A stretch of DNA of 63,914 nucleotides, filler included. It is 7 parts of 7 records of this genome, joined end to end, with 100 filler letters (N's around TTAATTAATTAA, not from the genome) between each part and the next. Parts side by side here need not be neighbours in the genome. Positions count along the whole stretch, not along the records: positions 8,673 to 18,861 come from SRR31147125_2398; positions 18,962 to 32,055 come from SRR31147125_2404; 5 more parts are not named here. One strand, 5' to 3'. The stretch's first letter is position 1. Every line of letters begins with the position of its first letter. Made by a program: the position numbers and the translations under genes. The notes beneath the pieces were generated by a model, which saw only the letters and a list, made by a program, of their open reading frames with translations, was not told where the DNA came from and searched no databases. This document shows positions 9,184 through 19,405 of this stretch, piece by piece.

Positions 9184-11337
9184 ATGAAGAAATTTAATCT
9201 AATACTGATTCTCACCGTATTTTTATTTGGATCGGCAATTGCCGACGAGGGGATGTGGCTCCCTTCATTAATTCATAAATTAAACATTAACACCATGCAG
9301 AAACTGGGCTGCGAGTTAAATGCTGACGATATTTACAGCATTAACAATTCGAGCCTGAAAGATGCAATTGTGGCCCTCGACCGCGGTTCGTGTACTGCAG
9401 AAGTTATTTCGAAAGATGGTTTACTGCTTACTAACCACCACTGTGGATTTGGCGAAATTCAGAGCCATTCGAGTGTTGAACACGATTACCTAAAAGATGG
9501 TTTTTGGGCAATGAGCCGCGACGAAGAATTACCGAATCCAGGCAAAACAGTTACGTTCCTTGTAAGTGTTGAAGATGTTACTTCAAAAGTTTTAGCCGAT
9601 GTTTCTGACGATATGACAGAAATGGAAAGAGCTAAAAAAATTCAGGAAGTAATTCATGAATTGGAAAAAGAAGTTAAAGGTGATTCGCATTACGAAATTT
9701 ACATTCGAAATTTTCTGAACGATAACCAATACTTTTTATTTGTGGCTGAAACATTCAGAGATGTGCGTTTAGTAGGTGCTCCTCCACAAGCATTGGGAAA
9801 ATTTGGTGGCGACACCGACAACTGGATGTGGCCTCGTCACACCAACGACTTCTCGATGTTCCGCGTTTATTGTGGTCCTGACGGAAAACCTGCTGAATTT
9901 TCTGAGGACAATATTCCTTACCAACCAAAACACCACTTACCAATATCTTTAAAAGGTGTTGAAGAAGGCGATTTTGCAATGGTTTTTGGATATCCTGGCC
10001 GCACAAATCGTTACAAAACTTCGTACGGTATTGATTATACAATGAAGGTTACTAACACTGCTCGTATCGAGCTTCGCGAGAAAAAATTGGACATTATTGC
10101 TGACTACATGGCAACCAGCCAAAAGGCAAAAATTCAATACGCATCGAAACATGCTCGCAGTGCCAATTACTACAAAAATTCAATTGGACAAAACCAGGCG
10201 CTTACAAAACTTAAAGTTGTTGATCAGAAAAAAGCTTTGGAAGATGAATTTACAGCTTGGGTAAATGCCGATGAAAGCCGCGTTGCAAAATATGGCGAAG
10301 CTCTTAAATTAATTGAAGAAGCATATACTAATGTAGAAAGCGACAAAGCACGCGATTACCTGATTGAATCGATGTTGTACGGTCCTGAAATTTTCTTGTT
10401 TGCCAACAGAGCACAAGCTTTGGCTGGTTTGCTGGAAAAACCCGAAGAAAACAAAGAGAAAATAGAGAAAGTAGCAGCCAGAATGAAAGGCATGCTTGAT
10501 GGCTACTTTAAAGACTACAATGCTGCTACCGATGAAAAAATTGTTGCAGCACTTCTGGAAATATATGCAGATAAAAACTCCGCAAAATACTACCCGACTT
10601 TCTTCGCCGATATTCAGAAAAAATACAAAGGCGATTACGAGAAGTATGTAGCTAAAATGTTTCAGAAATCGGTTTTCGACAACAAAGAAGAAATGATTGC
10701 TTTCCTTGAAAATCCAACACTGAAAGCATTGGAAAAAGATATGGCTTTTAATGCAGCTACCGATATTTTCGATACTTTCCGCTCAATTTCTGAAGAACAA
10801 AGAGCTGGTGGCGAAAAGCTTTCGAAAGGAAGACGTTTATTTGTTGCCGGTTTAATGGAAATGCAACCCGATAAAAAATTCTATCCCGATGCAAATTCAA
10901 CCATGCGTTTAACTTACGGAAATGTAATGGATTACGATCCTCGCGATGGTGTAACGTACAAATATTATACAACCACAGAAGGTTATCTTGAAAAAGAAAT
11001 TCCGGGAGACTACGAGTTTGATGTACCTGCCAGAATGAAAGAATTATTGCTAGACAAAAACTATGGTAAATATGCCGATGCCGATGGCAAATTACACACT
11101 TGCTTTATTACCAACAACGATATTACCGGCGGAAACTCGGGCAGCCCTGTAATTAATGGTAAAGGCGAATTAATAGGTATAGCTTTCGATGGAAACTGGG
11201 AAGCCATGAGTGGCGACCTGGATTTTGAAGAAAACCTGCAACGTTGTATTAACGTTGATATTCGCTTTGTACTTTGGGTAGTTGACGTATATGCCGGCGC
11301 TCAAAATCTTATCGACGAAATGGAAATTATTCGATAA
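9184..11337 (+). CDS. S46 family dipeptidyl peptidase, DPP7-like
   Basis: Signal peptide followed by 'DEGMW'; 'TNHHC', 'DNWMWPRH', catalytic 'TGGNSGSP'; 'AFDGNWE' has Gly (DPP7-type) rather than Arg (DPP11-type). Confidence 0.93.
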   Translation: MKKFNLILILTVFLFGSAIADEGMWLPSLIHKLNINTMQKLGCELNADDIYSINNSSLKDAIVALDRGSCTAEVISKDGLLLTNHHCGFGEIQSHSSVEHDYLKDGFWAMSRDEELPNPGKTVTFLVSVEDVTSKVLADVSDDMTEMERAKKIQEVIHELEKEVKGDSHYEIYIRNFLNDNQYFLFVAETFRDVRLVGAPPQALGKFGGDTDNWMWPRHTNDFSMFRVYCGPDGKPAEFSEDNIPYQPKHHLPISLKGVEEGDFAMVFGYPGRTNRYKTSYGIDYTMKVTNTARIELREKKLDIIADYMATSQKAKIQYASKHARSANYYKNSIGQNQALTKLKVVDQKKALEDEFTAWVNADESRVAKYGEALKLIEEAYTNVESDKARDYLIESMLYGPEIFLFANRAQALAGLLEKPEENKEKIEKVAARMKGMLDGYFKDYNAATDEKIVAALLEIYADKNSAKYYPTFFADIQKKYKGDYEKYVAKMFQKSVFDNKEEMIAFLENPTLKALEKDMAFNAATDIFDTFRSISEEQRAGGEKLSKGRRLFVAGLMEMQPDKKFYPDANSTMRLTYGNVMDYDPRDGVTYKYYTTTEGYLEKEIPGDYEFDVPARMKELLLDKNYGKYADADGKLHTCFITNNDITGGNSGSPVINGKGELIGIAFDGNWEAMSGDLDFEENLQRCINVDIRFVLWVVDVYAGAQNLIDEMEIIR

Positions 11338-11360
11338 TTATTTCGAACCAGAATATAAAG

Positions 11361-11390
11361 AACCTCGTCAATTTTGGCGAGGTTTTTTGT
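11361..11390 (+). terminator. Intrinsic terminator
   Basis: AACCTCGTCA/TGGCGAGGTT stem followed by a T run. Confidence 0.75.
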
Positions 11391-11442
11391 TTATGTAACT
11401 TTTTACTCACTACTTTGTATTCTTATCTCACGAATAATAAAA

Positions 11443-11901
11443 ATGGCACGACCACAAATTACGATATATACCGACGGCGCAGCGCGCGGTAACCCAGGTA
11501 ACGGAGGCTACGGAATAGTTATGCTTTCGGGCGAACACCGCAAAGAACTTTCGGAAGGTTTTAAACTAACTACCAATAACCGCATGGAATTACTGGCAGT
11601 AATTGTTGCTTTGGAAACTTTAAAAATACCGGGTTGCGATGTTACCATTTACACCGACTCGAAATATGTGGCCGACTCGGTTACCAAAGGCTGGGTGTTT
11701 GGCTGGGTAAAAAAAGGTTTTAAGGGCAAAAAAAATCCCGATCTCTGGATGCGTTTCCTTGAAATCTATAAAAAACACGTAGTAAAATTTGTTTGGGTGA
11801 AGGGTCATGCCAACAATCCGCTTAACGAACGTTGCGATGAATTGGCTGTTGAAGCGTCTTTTCAACCAGCACTTTTAGACGATGAAGGATATCAGCCGTA
11901 A
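11443..11901 (+). CDS. rnhA: Ribonuclease HI
   Basis: 'IYTDGAARGNPG', 'TTNNRMEL', 'TDSKY', 'WVKGHA...NERCDELA'. Confidence 0.96.
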   Translation: MARPQITIYTDGAARGNPGNGGYGIVMLSGEHRKELSEGFKLTTNNRMELLAVIVALETLKIPGCDVTIYTDSKYVADSVTKGWVFGWVKKGFKGKKNPDLWMRFLEIYKKHVVKFVWVKGHANNPLNERCDELAVEASFQPALLDDEGYQP

Positions 11902-11908
11902 TTAATTG

Positions 11909-12280
11909 CTATGCAGTCAAACTATAATCCTGCATTAAAATTGAATACGGAATTTTAAGTACTTTATGAAGCTTTTTGATCATTTCGAGGCTTAGCTTCC
12001 GCTTCTTATTCAAAATTTTTGAAACATTACCTTTATCGCCCAAGAGTTTTGACAATTCCGATTGTTTCAAATTACTTTGCTCCATCATATACTTTATCGC
12101 TTCAATCGGATCAGGTTCTGGCATAGGATAGTATTCTTCTTCATATTTTTCTATAAGAAGTGCCAGTAACTCAGATTCATCACCTTCCGGAGTTCCAAAG
12201 GGAGCATCAAAAATTTCTTCCATCCTTTCCAATGCCCGACTGTAATCCTCTTCTGTTTTTATAATTCGAATACTGTTCAT
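11909..12280 (-). CDS. higA: HigA-type HTH antitoxin/transcriptional regulator
   Basis: 'IKTEEDY..AL', 'LIEKYEEEYYP..PDPIEAIK', HTH 'SKILNKKRKLSLEMI'. Confidence 0.88.
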   Translation of the reverse strand: MNSIRIIKTEEDYSRALERMEEIFDAPFGTPEGDESELLALLIEKYEEEYYPMPEPDPIEAIKYMMEQSNLKQSELSKLLGDKGNVSKILNKKRKLSLEMIKKLHKVLKIPYSILMQDYSLTA

Positions 12281-12281
12281 C

Positions 12282-12404
12282 TTAAATATTCCTAATGTCC
12301 TTTATTTTATCATATTCTGCATGTGTGCCAATAAATCGTACAAAAACCCACCCTTTTTCAAAATTAAATTTGGCAATTAAACGGTAGTTATTTCCTTTAA
12401 TGCT
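12282..12404 (-). pseudogene. higB: 3' remnant of HigB toxin gene (N-terminal half missing)
   Basis: Minus-strand frame reads [40 protein letters not shown], ending 1 nt before the higA ATG; in-frame TAA immediately upstream and no ATG/GTG/TTG start. Confidence 0.85.
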
Positions 12405-13791
12405 TTAGTATTTCGCGAGCCATTAAAATCCCATTTACCGAAGCCTGCATCAAACCGCGCGTTATTCCGGCACCATCGCCGCCAACGTAAAGGTTTTTAA
12501 TGGTATCGGTTCGGAAACCTTTATTCACCTTAATTTTGTTTGAATAGAATTTCACTTCAACACCATAAAGTAAAGTTTCGTCGCTGGCCAAACCGGGACT
12601 TACTTTATCCAAAGCCTGAATCATTTCAACAATATCAGTCATAATTCGGTATGGAAGAACAAGACTTAAATCACCGGGAACTGCATCTTTTAATGTTGGA
12701 ATAATATTGTTTCTGAGAAGACGTTCGGGAGTTGTGCGACGACCACGAATTAAGTCGCCAAAACGCTGCACCAAAATTTTGTTCTCGGTTAGCATATTTG
12801 CCATGTCGGCAATGTGTTTACCAAATTCGAGTGGCGAGTTAAACGGTTCAGTAAATTTTTGAGAAACCAGTAAAGCAAAGTTAGTATTGTTACTTTTCAA
12901 ATCTTTGTAACTGTGCCCGTTCACAACTGCCAGGTTGTTGTCGTAATATTCCGAAGAAACAAAACCTCCCGGATTGGAGCAGAAAGTACGCACTTTATCA
13001 TCGAACGTTTTTGTGTAATGAACGAGTTTAGCTTCGTAGAAATTATCATTAATTTCCTGCATAATTTCGTTGCGACATTCAACACGCACACCAATATCAA
13101 CAATACCAACTTCGGTATTTAATTTGTGTTGCTCGCATTTCTTCAGCAGCCAGTCCGAACCTTCACGACCAACTGCCACAACCACATTTTTGGCAGTGTA
13201 AGTTGCATCTTTTACAACCACCCCGGTAATTGAGCTGTTATCAAAAACAAAATCAATAGCCGGCTTTCTGAATTTCACTTCCACTCCCTTTTCAACTACA
13301 AAATCGTAAAGCGACTTGTAAAGCGACTGGGTTTTTTCGGTTCCAAGGTGCCGTACCGGACAGTGCACCAAACGCAGATTTGCTTCAATCGATTTCTTCT
13401 GAATATCGCGCATGGCCGGAGAGATTTCCTCGCCATGAATTGCAGGGTCGCCACCAAATTCAAGATAAATCTGGTCGGTATATTTTATCAACTCGTTGGT
13501 TTCTTCAACACCAATGTAATCAGAAATAGTTCCGCCAACTTCGTGCGAAAGCGAAAGTTTTCCATCGGAGAAAGCGCCTGCTCCAGCCCAGCCGGTTGTT
13601 ATGTTACATGGCTTGCAATGCACACAAACTCCACCGTTTGTATGTTTTGGGCACTTGCGTTTATAAATATTCGGACCTTTTTCGAGAATCAGAATTTTTA
13701 GCCCGGGTTGGTTCTTTACTAATTCGTAGGCAGTAAAAATGCCGGCAGGACCGGCACCAACTATAATTACATCGTATTGAGTATTCATCAT
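12397..13791 (-). CDS. NAD(P)/FAD-dependent oxidoreductase (COG2509-like) with N-terminal Cys cluster
   Basis: '[10 protein letters not shown]', '[16 protein letters not shown]', '[10 protein letters not shown]', '[10 protein letters not shown]'. Confidence 0.85.
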   Translation of the reverse strand: MMNTQYDVIIVGAGPAGIFTAYELVKNQPGLKILILEKGPNIYKRKCPKHTNGGVCVHCKPCNITTGWAGAGAFSDGKLSLSHEVGGTISDYIGVEETNELIKYTDQIYLEFGGDPAIHGEEISPAMRDIQKKSIEANLRLVHCPVRHLGTEKTQSLYKSLYDFVVEKGVEVKFRKPAIDFVFDNSSITGVVVKDATYTAKNVVVAVGREGSDWLLKKCEQHKLNTEVGIVDIGVRVECRNEIMQEINDNFYEAKLVHYTKTFDDKVRTFCSNPGGFVSSEYYDNNLAVVNGHSYKDLKSNNTNFALLVSQKFTEPFNSPLEFGKHIADMANMLTENKILVQRFGDLIRGRRTTPERLLRNNIIPTLKDAVPGDLSLVLPYRIMTDIVEMIQALDKVSPGLASDETLLYGVEVKFYSNKIKVNKGFRTDTIKNLYVGGDGAGITRGLMQASVNGILMAREILKH

Positions 13792-13919
13792 CTGTTTTTT
13801 TGGTTTCCCAAAATGTAAAAGTAAACAATTTGCATTAAAAACGAACTGCTTAAAAAATATATGACGGGAAGCATTAACTTTAAGCCATAATTCAGAATTG
13901 CAAAACAAAGTTTAAATTG

Positions 13920-14900
13920 ATGAAAATACCAGGCTACGTTTTACTATTTCTGATATTTTTAGGGTGCCAACCTAACTCTGAATTGAATAGAAATACAGTT
14001 AATACCGAAATGAAAACTATATCATATATCGATCGGGAAAGTGGAAAAATAAAGCAAGAAAACGTTCCGGGTGAAGGAATGCTTAAGTGGCTTTATTCTA
14101 CCGCAACCGGAAAAGCAGCTCTACATATTCTGTTTAAAAGAAAAATAGTTTCTGCTTTGGGAGGATGGTATATGGATAGCCGGATGTCGGCTGGGCGTGT
14201 ACAAAATTTTATTGGCGAGCACAATATTAATATCAATGAAGTAGCAGTTAATAATATTGCTGATTTTAAAACCTTTAACGACTTTTTCTATCGAAAACTA
14301 AAAAAAGGTTCCCGGCCAATTGGCAATAAAGTAGTTTCTCCGGCCGATGGAAGACTCCTGGCATTTCAATCGCTGAAAGATGTTTCTACTTTTTTTGTAA
14401 AAGGCTCTGAATTTTCACTGGAAAGTTTTCTTCAGAATAAGGAACTGGCACAAAAATACAACGATGGAGCGATGGCCATTATTCGCCTGGCCCCGGTTGA
14501 TTATCACCGTTATCATTTCCCGGCCTCGGGAGTCGCTTCAGAATCGATAAAAATTAAAGGACATTATTTTTCGGTTTCGCCGTTTGCATTGCTTGGTAGC
14601 CTTCGCATTTTTTGTGAAAACAAAAGAGAATACTGCACATTGGCAACCCCAAAATACGGAGATATTTTAATTATGGATGTTGGTGCAACTATGGTTGGCA
14701 GTATCATTCAGACCTACACGCCAAACTCAAAAATAAAAAAAGGCGACGAAAAAGGTTACTTTGCTTTTGGTGGTTCAACACTGGTTTTACTTTTCGAAAA
14801 AGGTAAAATTAAATTTGATGATGACTTAATCAAGAATACCCAAAACGGCTTGGAGACTTATGTTCAAATGGGTGAAAATATTGCTTCCGAAACTGAATAA
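13920..14900 (+). CDS. psd: Phosphatidylserine decarboxylase proenzyme
   Basis: 'TFNDFFYRKLK', 'SPADG', 'RLAPVDYHRYH', autocleavage motif 'FGGST'; alternative start at 14010. Confidence 0.93.
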   Translation: MKIPGYVLLFLIFLGCQPNSELNRNTVNTEMKTISYIDRESGKIKQENVPGEGMLKWLYSTATGKAALHILFKRKIVSALGGWYMDSRMSAGRVQNFIGEHNININEVAVNNIADFKTFNDFFYRKLKKGSRPIGNKVVSPADGRLLAFQSLKDVSTFFVKGSEFSLESFLQNKELAQKYNDGAMAIIRLAPVDYHRYHFPASGVASESIKIKGHYFSVSPFALLGSLRIFCENKREYCTLATPKYGDILIMDVGATMVGSIIQTYTPNSKIKKGDEKGYFAFGGSTLVLLFEKGKIKFDDDLIKNTQNGLETYVQMGENIASETE

Positions 14901-14909
14901 TCGGATTAT

Positions 14910-15521
14910 CTATAAATCAAGCGAAAGCTGTTCATCCAAAAGACGGAATGTCATTCGGTGGTATTTGGTTGGGCCAAATTTTTTAATGCCGGCGCGGTGC
15001 TTTTTAGTGGGATACCCCTTATTTTTATTCCAATCGTAATTCGGAAATTCTTCATGGATTTTTTGCATAAAATCGTCGCGGTAAGTTTTTGCTAAAATTG
15101 ATGCCGCCGCAATGGAATAGAAACGCCCATCACCTTTAATCATGCAGGTATACGGAATTTTACTCTTTGTTCTGAAACGATTTCCGTCAATTAACAAATG
15201 CTCCGGTGTTACGTTCAGCTTTTCCACTGCGCGGTTCATTGCAAGGAAAGAGGCATTCAGAATATTCACCTCATCAATTTCGTTATTGTCAACCGCAACA
15301 ACTGCCCAGGCTAGTGCCTGCGATTCTACAACCGGACGTAATTGGTAACGTTGCTTTTCGGTAAGTTTTTTCGAATCGTTTAGTAATTCATTATCAAAAT
15401 TGGCAGGTAAAATAACTGCTGCAGCAAATACCGGTCCGGCTAAACAACCTCGTCCGGCTTCATCGCAACCGGCTTCAACAATATTTTCTTTATAATATGG
15501 TAGAAGTTTATTATCAGGCAT
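14910..15521 (-). CDS. rnhB: Ribonuclease HII
   Basis: '[15 protein letters not shown]', 'LNDSKKL', '[10 protein letters not shown]', 'NKGYPT'. Confidence 0.96.
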   Translation of the reverse strand: MPDNKLLPYYKENIVEAGCDEAGRGCLAGPVFAAAVILPANFDNELLNDSKKLTEKQRYQLRPVVESQALAWAVVAVDNNEIDEVNILNASFLAMNRAVEKLNVTPEHLLIDGNRFRTKSKIPYTCMIKGDGRFYSIAAASILAKTYRDDFMQKIHEEFPNYDWNKNKGYPTKKHRAGIKKFGPTKYHRMTFRLLDEQLSLDL

Positions 15522-15540
15522 TTTGAATTCACTAACTTAA

Positions 15541-16665
15541 TTACTGCAATGCTTTTTCAACACTCATCCAGAGCAAACGGGCGGTTTCTTCCCAGCTGAA
15601 CTTATCTTTTTGAATAAATCCTTTTTCAACCAAATCCTTTCGAAGCATGGCATCGTCATGTACTTTCAGCATGGCATCGGTAATCTGATCTATTTTTAAT
15701 GGATCGGCATAAACCACAGCATTACCACCCACCTCGGGAATGGACGTTGTATTGGAACAAATTACCGGAACTCCGGCACTCATTGCTTCCACAACCGGAA
15801 TACCAAAGCCTTCGAAAAACGGGACAAAAGTAAGAGCCAGTGCCCCGCCTAAAACATCATGCAATTCTTTGGTAGAAATCCTTCCGGTGAATAGAACATC
15901 ATCTTTGCAACGCAAATTCTCGTAGGTTTCGAAAATTGGCCCTGTCTTATGCATCTCTCCTCCAACAATTACCAATTTTGTTTCGTTCCCATTCACGCTT
16001 TTAAAGGCATCAAATGCTTTCAACAAACCACAAACATTTTTTCGCGGATGTAAAGCACCAATAAAAAGGAAGTAATCGGCACCTTTAGTATATTTTTGGC
16101 GCACCCTTGTTTTTTCCTCTTCAGAAATAGGCTCGAAAATCTGATTAATGCCATCGTAAACTACGTCAATTTTATCGTAATCTACTTTAAACGAACGTGT
16201 AATATCTTCTTTCGAATAAAACGAAACTGTTGCAATTCGCGTGGCAACCGTGGCAAATTTTGGGAAGAAATAATTGTAATACTTTGCTTTCAACCACGGC
16301 AAATCATCGGGGCGGTGGACAAAATTAATATCATGAATAACCCCTAACTGCGGAATTTTTGTTCGCCGCGACAAATAACCATCGGGAGAAAGAAACAAAT
16401 CAACATTGTATTTCTTTAATACCTTTGGAATCTGGTATTCGAACCACAGATACCACAAAACAGGATGACGTGTTGGCGGGCCTACTACAATCGGTGTAAT
16501 ATTCTCAGAAAAAATGTAATCCTCATCATACGGCCGATCGAAAATAAATATGAACTCATGTTCCGGGTGGCTTAAAGTTATTCGCTTTAATGTTTCAAGC
16601 GTAAACCAACCTATCCCTTCAAGCTTTCCTTTAAGGAGCAAACGCGTATTTACAGCAATTATCAT
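15541..16665 (-). CDS. Glycosyltransferase family 4 (GT-B)
   Basis: 'EGFGIPVVEAM' EX7E motif, 'PRKN'. Confidence 0.92.
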   Translation of the reverse strand: MIIAVNTRLLLKGKLEGIGWFTLETLKRITLSHPEHEFIFIFDRPYDEDYIFSENITPIVVGPPTRHPVLWYLWFEYQIPKVLKKYNVDLFLSPDGYLSRRTKIPQLGVIHDINFVHRPDDLPWLKAKYYNYFFPKFATVATRIATVSFYSKEDITRSFKVDYDKIDVVYDGINQIFEPISEEEKTRVRQKYTKGADYFLFIGALHPRKNVCGLLKAFDAFKSVNGNETKLVIVGGEMHKTGPIFETYENLRCKDDVLFTGRISTKELHDVLGGALALTFVPFFEGFGIPVVEAMSAGVPVICSNTTSIPEVGGNAVVYADPLKIDQITDAMLKVHDDAMLRKDLVEKGFIQKDKFSWEETARLLWMSVEKALQ

Positions 16666-16760
16666 GGTTCTATCTTATTTGCGTAAATGTACAAAGTCTG
16701 TTCAAATATTTCTTACATTTAACCGTTCAAATTCTAGATACAACAAAGAAAGCACACGTT

Positions 16761-18203
16761 TTGAAACGTAAATTTATAACCAACCTTATATTACTTCTAT
16801 TCCTGAACCTTTTAATTAAGCCGTTTTACATGTTTGGAATAGACCGGACCGTACAAAATACTGTTGGTGACGAGAGTTTCGGGATGTATTTCGCCCTCTT
16901 CAACTTTTCAATGATCTTAAATATTCTGCTTGATATTGGAATAACAAATTACAATAACAGAAACATTGCACAGCACAATTTTTTACTCCCGAAACATCTA
17001 TCGCATATTGTTGGTCTAAAACTTATATTAGCCATATTTTACGCAATTTTCAGCCTTTGTATTGCAGCAATTATTGGCTACAACCATATCCAGTTTCATA
17101 TTCTTTTCTTTCTAATTCTGAACCAGTTTTTGCTATCGTTTATTCTTTACCTCAGGTCGAATATTAGCGCGCTTCACCTGTTCCGAACAGATAGTTTTAT
17201 ATCCATTCTCGACAGGAGTTTAATGATATTGATTTGTAGCATTTTACTGTTCAAAAATATTTTCGATTTAGAGTTTACCATAGAATGGTTTGTTTATGCT
17301 CAAACCCTTTCTTACACAATAACTACTCTCATTACATTTGGCATTGTTTTACAAAAAACGGGAAAGGTAAAAATCCGTTTCAATCTATCATTTTTTCGGG
17401 TATTTCTTCGAAAGTCGTATCCTTACGCATTGTTGGTTTTACTCATGTCGTTTTATAATCGTATTGATTCGGTGATTCTGGAACGTCTTCTCCCCGATCC
17501 CATAGGAAAAGAACAAGCCGGAATTTATGCCCATGCTTTTCGTTTGTTAGATGCGGTTTCTAATTTTGGAATTCTGTTTGCAGGTTTGCTACTACCCATT
17601 TTTGCAAAAATGATAAAGCAAAAGGAAGCCGTTGGGCAGATGGTAAAACTTTCGTACACGCTTTTAATTGTTCCTGCTATCATAATTGCCATATCAAGCA
17701 TTTATTACGATGTTGAAATAATGGGAGTTTTATATCCTTCAAGCACTGAAGAATCATCGAAAATATTGGGTATTTTAATGTGTGGTTTTACCGGAATTGC
17801 CACAACCTATATTTTTGGCACTTTATTGACAGCAAATGGCAGCATAAAGCAATTAAACATTATGGCTTTTTGTGGAATGCTTCTAAATATCACTTTAAAC
17901 CTGGTTCTTATTCCGCGTTACCAGGCACTTGGTTCTGCTTATGCCAGCCTAACCACACAAATTTTTACGGGAGCAATTCAGTTGGTTCTTGCACTCGTAA
18001 TTTTCAAGTTAAAGCCCGGCTTTCTTTTTATAATGCAGCTATTACTTTTTGTTGGAGTTGTAGCTGTTTTAGGAACGCTCTCAAAATTAATAGACCAGTG
18101 GTTATTGGGCTATTTAGCTATGATTGGAGGCTCAGTTTTATTTGCAATACTATTAAGATTATTTAATTTGAAAGACCTTTATCAAATAATCAAGTATGAA
18201 TAA
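16761..18203 (+). CDS. Oligosaccharide flippase (Wzx/MOP family)
   Basis: About 13-14 hydrophobic segments, 'LLDIGIT', 'YNRIDSVIL', 'AGIYAHAFRL'; divergent from the GT4. Confidence 0.85.
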   Translation: MKRKFITNLILLLFLNLLIKPFYMFGIDRTVQNTVGDESFGMYFALFNFSMILNILLDIGITNYNNRNIAQHNFLLPKHLSHIVGLKLILAIFYAIFSLCIAAIIGYNHIQFHILFFLILNQFLLSFILYLRSNISALHLFRTDSFISILDRSLMILICSILLFKNIFDLEFTIEWFVYAQTLSYTITTLITFGIVLQKTGKVKIRFNLSFFRVFLRKSYPYALLVLLMSFYNRIDSVILERLLPDPIGKEQAGIYAHAFRLLDAVSNFGILFAGLLLPIFAKMIKQKEAVGQMVKLSYTLLIVPAIIIAISSIYYDVEIMGVLYPSSTEESSKILGILMCGFTGIATTYIFGTLLTANGSIKQLNIMAFCGMLLNITLNLVLIPRYQALGSAYASLTTQIFTGAIQLVLALVIFKLKPGFLFIMQLLLFVGVVAVLGTLSKLIDQWLLGYLAMIGGSVLFAILLRLFNLKDLYQIIKYE

Positions 18204-18837
18204 AAAGGCCAATCCAACCATTGAACAACTTCAAGACAGTAACAATTACGAGCTGTTGGCCGAACTCAATCATAATACAATAAAAGAATTTGTGATTAAC
18301 CAGATTTCCAGGGGTGGAATATTGGTTACCTCATATATGATTTATCAAGGAATAATGATGCTCTTCGGTATTTTTATTCTAACAAAATCAATAATTATAG
18401 CTTATAATGATAATTACCTTCCTCTAATTCTCAGCGTTGCAGCTTTGGTATTTTCATTTTCATTCATGGTAATTCTGCACGAACTCATTCATGGGCTTGC
18501 TATAAAAACTACAGGAGCTCCAAATATTAACTACGGAGCTTATTTTAAACGATTTATTTTCTACGCCGAAGCCGACCGATATGTTTTAAACAGGAAACAA
18601 TTCACCCTAATAGCATTGGCTCCTCTTGTTGTTATTAAAGCTGTAACCTTGTTGGGAGTTGTACTCTTTTTTCATCATCCAATTGTGTATTTCTTTTCAT
18701 TGCTAATGAGTGTACACAGCCTGTTTTGTGCCGGCGATATTGGACTCCTTACACTCTTTTATCAGAATAAAGATTCGGAAGTTTATACTTATGATGTTAG
18801 GTCGGAAAAGAAAAGTTATTACTTCAGAAATAAGTAA
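18196..18837 (+). CDS. Membrane protein with HExxH motif (DUF3267/zincin-like)
   Basis: 'LHELIHG', 'IALAP', 'CAGD'; overlaps the flippase stop. Confidence 0.7.
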   Translation: MNKKANPTIEQLQDSNNYELLAELNHNTIKEFVINQISRGGILVTSYMIYQGIMMLFGIFILTKSIIIAYNDNYLPLILSVAALVFSFSFMVILHELIHGLAIKTTGAPNINYGAYFKRFIFYAEADRYVLNRKQFTLIALAPLVVIKAVTLLGVVLFFHHPIVYFFSLLMSVHSLFCAGDIGLLTLFYQNKDSEVYTYDVRSEKKSYYFRNK

Positions 18838-18861
18838 CACCTAAAAAATGGCATAAAAAAA

Positions 18862-18961
18862 NNNNNNNNNNNNNNNNNNNNNNNNNNNNNNNNNNNNNNN
18901 NNNNNTTAATTAATTAANNNNNNNNNNNNNNNNNNNNNNNNNNNNNNNNNNNNNNNNNNNN
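18862..18961. other. Artificial contig spacer
   Basis: N44-TTAATTAATTAA-N44. Confidence 0.98.
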
Positions 18962-18962
18962 A

Positions 18963-19187
18963 GAGTATGTTAAATTAGCTAAAAAAGAAGCTGAAGAGGG
19001 AAAAATCGCCATTAGAAACGTAAGAAAAGATATCAATAATAAATTTAGAAAACTTGAAAAAGATTCTGAAATTACTCAAGATGATCTTAAAGCTTATGAA
19101 GTAGATACACAAAAAATGACTGATAAATTTATCAAAACTGTTGATGAATTATACGCTAGAAAAGAAAAAGAAATTACAACTGTATAA
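18963..19187 (+). CDS. frr: Ribosome recycling factor, C-terminal fragment (not in ORF track)
   Basis: Translates EYVKLAKKEAEEGKIAIRNVRKD...KEKEITTV*; lies upstream of uppS. Confidence 0.92.
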   Translation, partial: EYVKLAKKEAEEGKIAIRNVRKDINNKFRKLEKDSEITQDDLKAYEVDTQKMTDKFIKTVDELYARKEKEITTV

Positions 19188-19196
19188 GAAAATAGA

Positions 19197-19222
19197 GCCG
19201 GTATAATGTTACCGGTTTTTTT
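19197..19222 (+). terminator. Intrinsic terminator after frr
   Basis: GCCGGTA/TACCGGT stem followed by a T run. Confidence 0.75.
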
Positions 19223-19405
19223 ATTGTTTAAATATATTCAAATTATATTTCGCAGTGATATAGCCTATTAGTCTTTTTTGTTAAGTATATATTAAGAAGC
19301 CATGTTTAATATGTAAGGGTAAGAATTTCCAGTGACGTATAGAAAAAAAGATTTAATTATGGTACAATGTCTTTTGAGTAAATAAAAATATTGAAGGTGA
19401 TTTAA

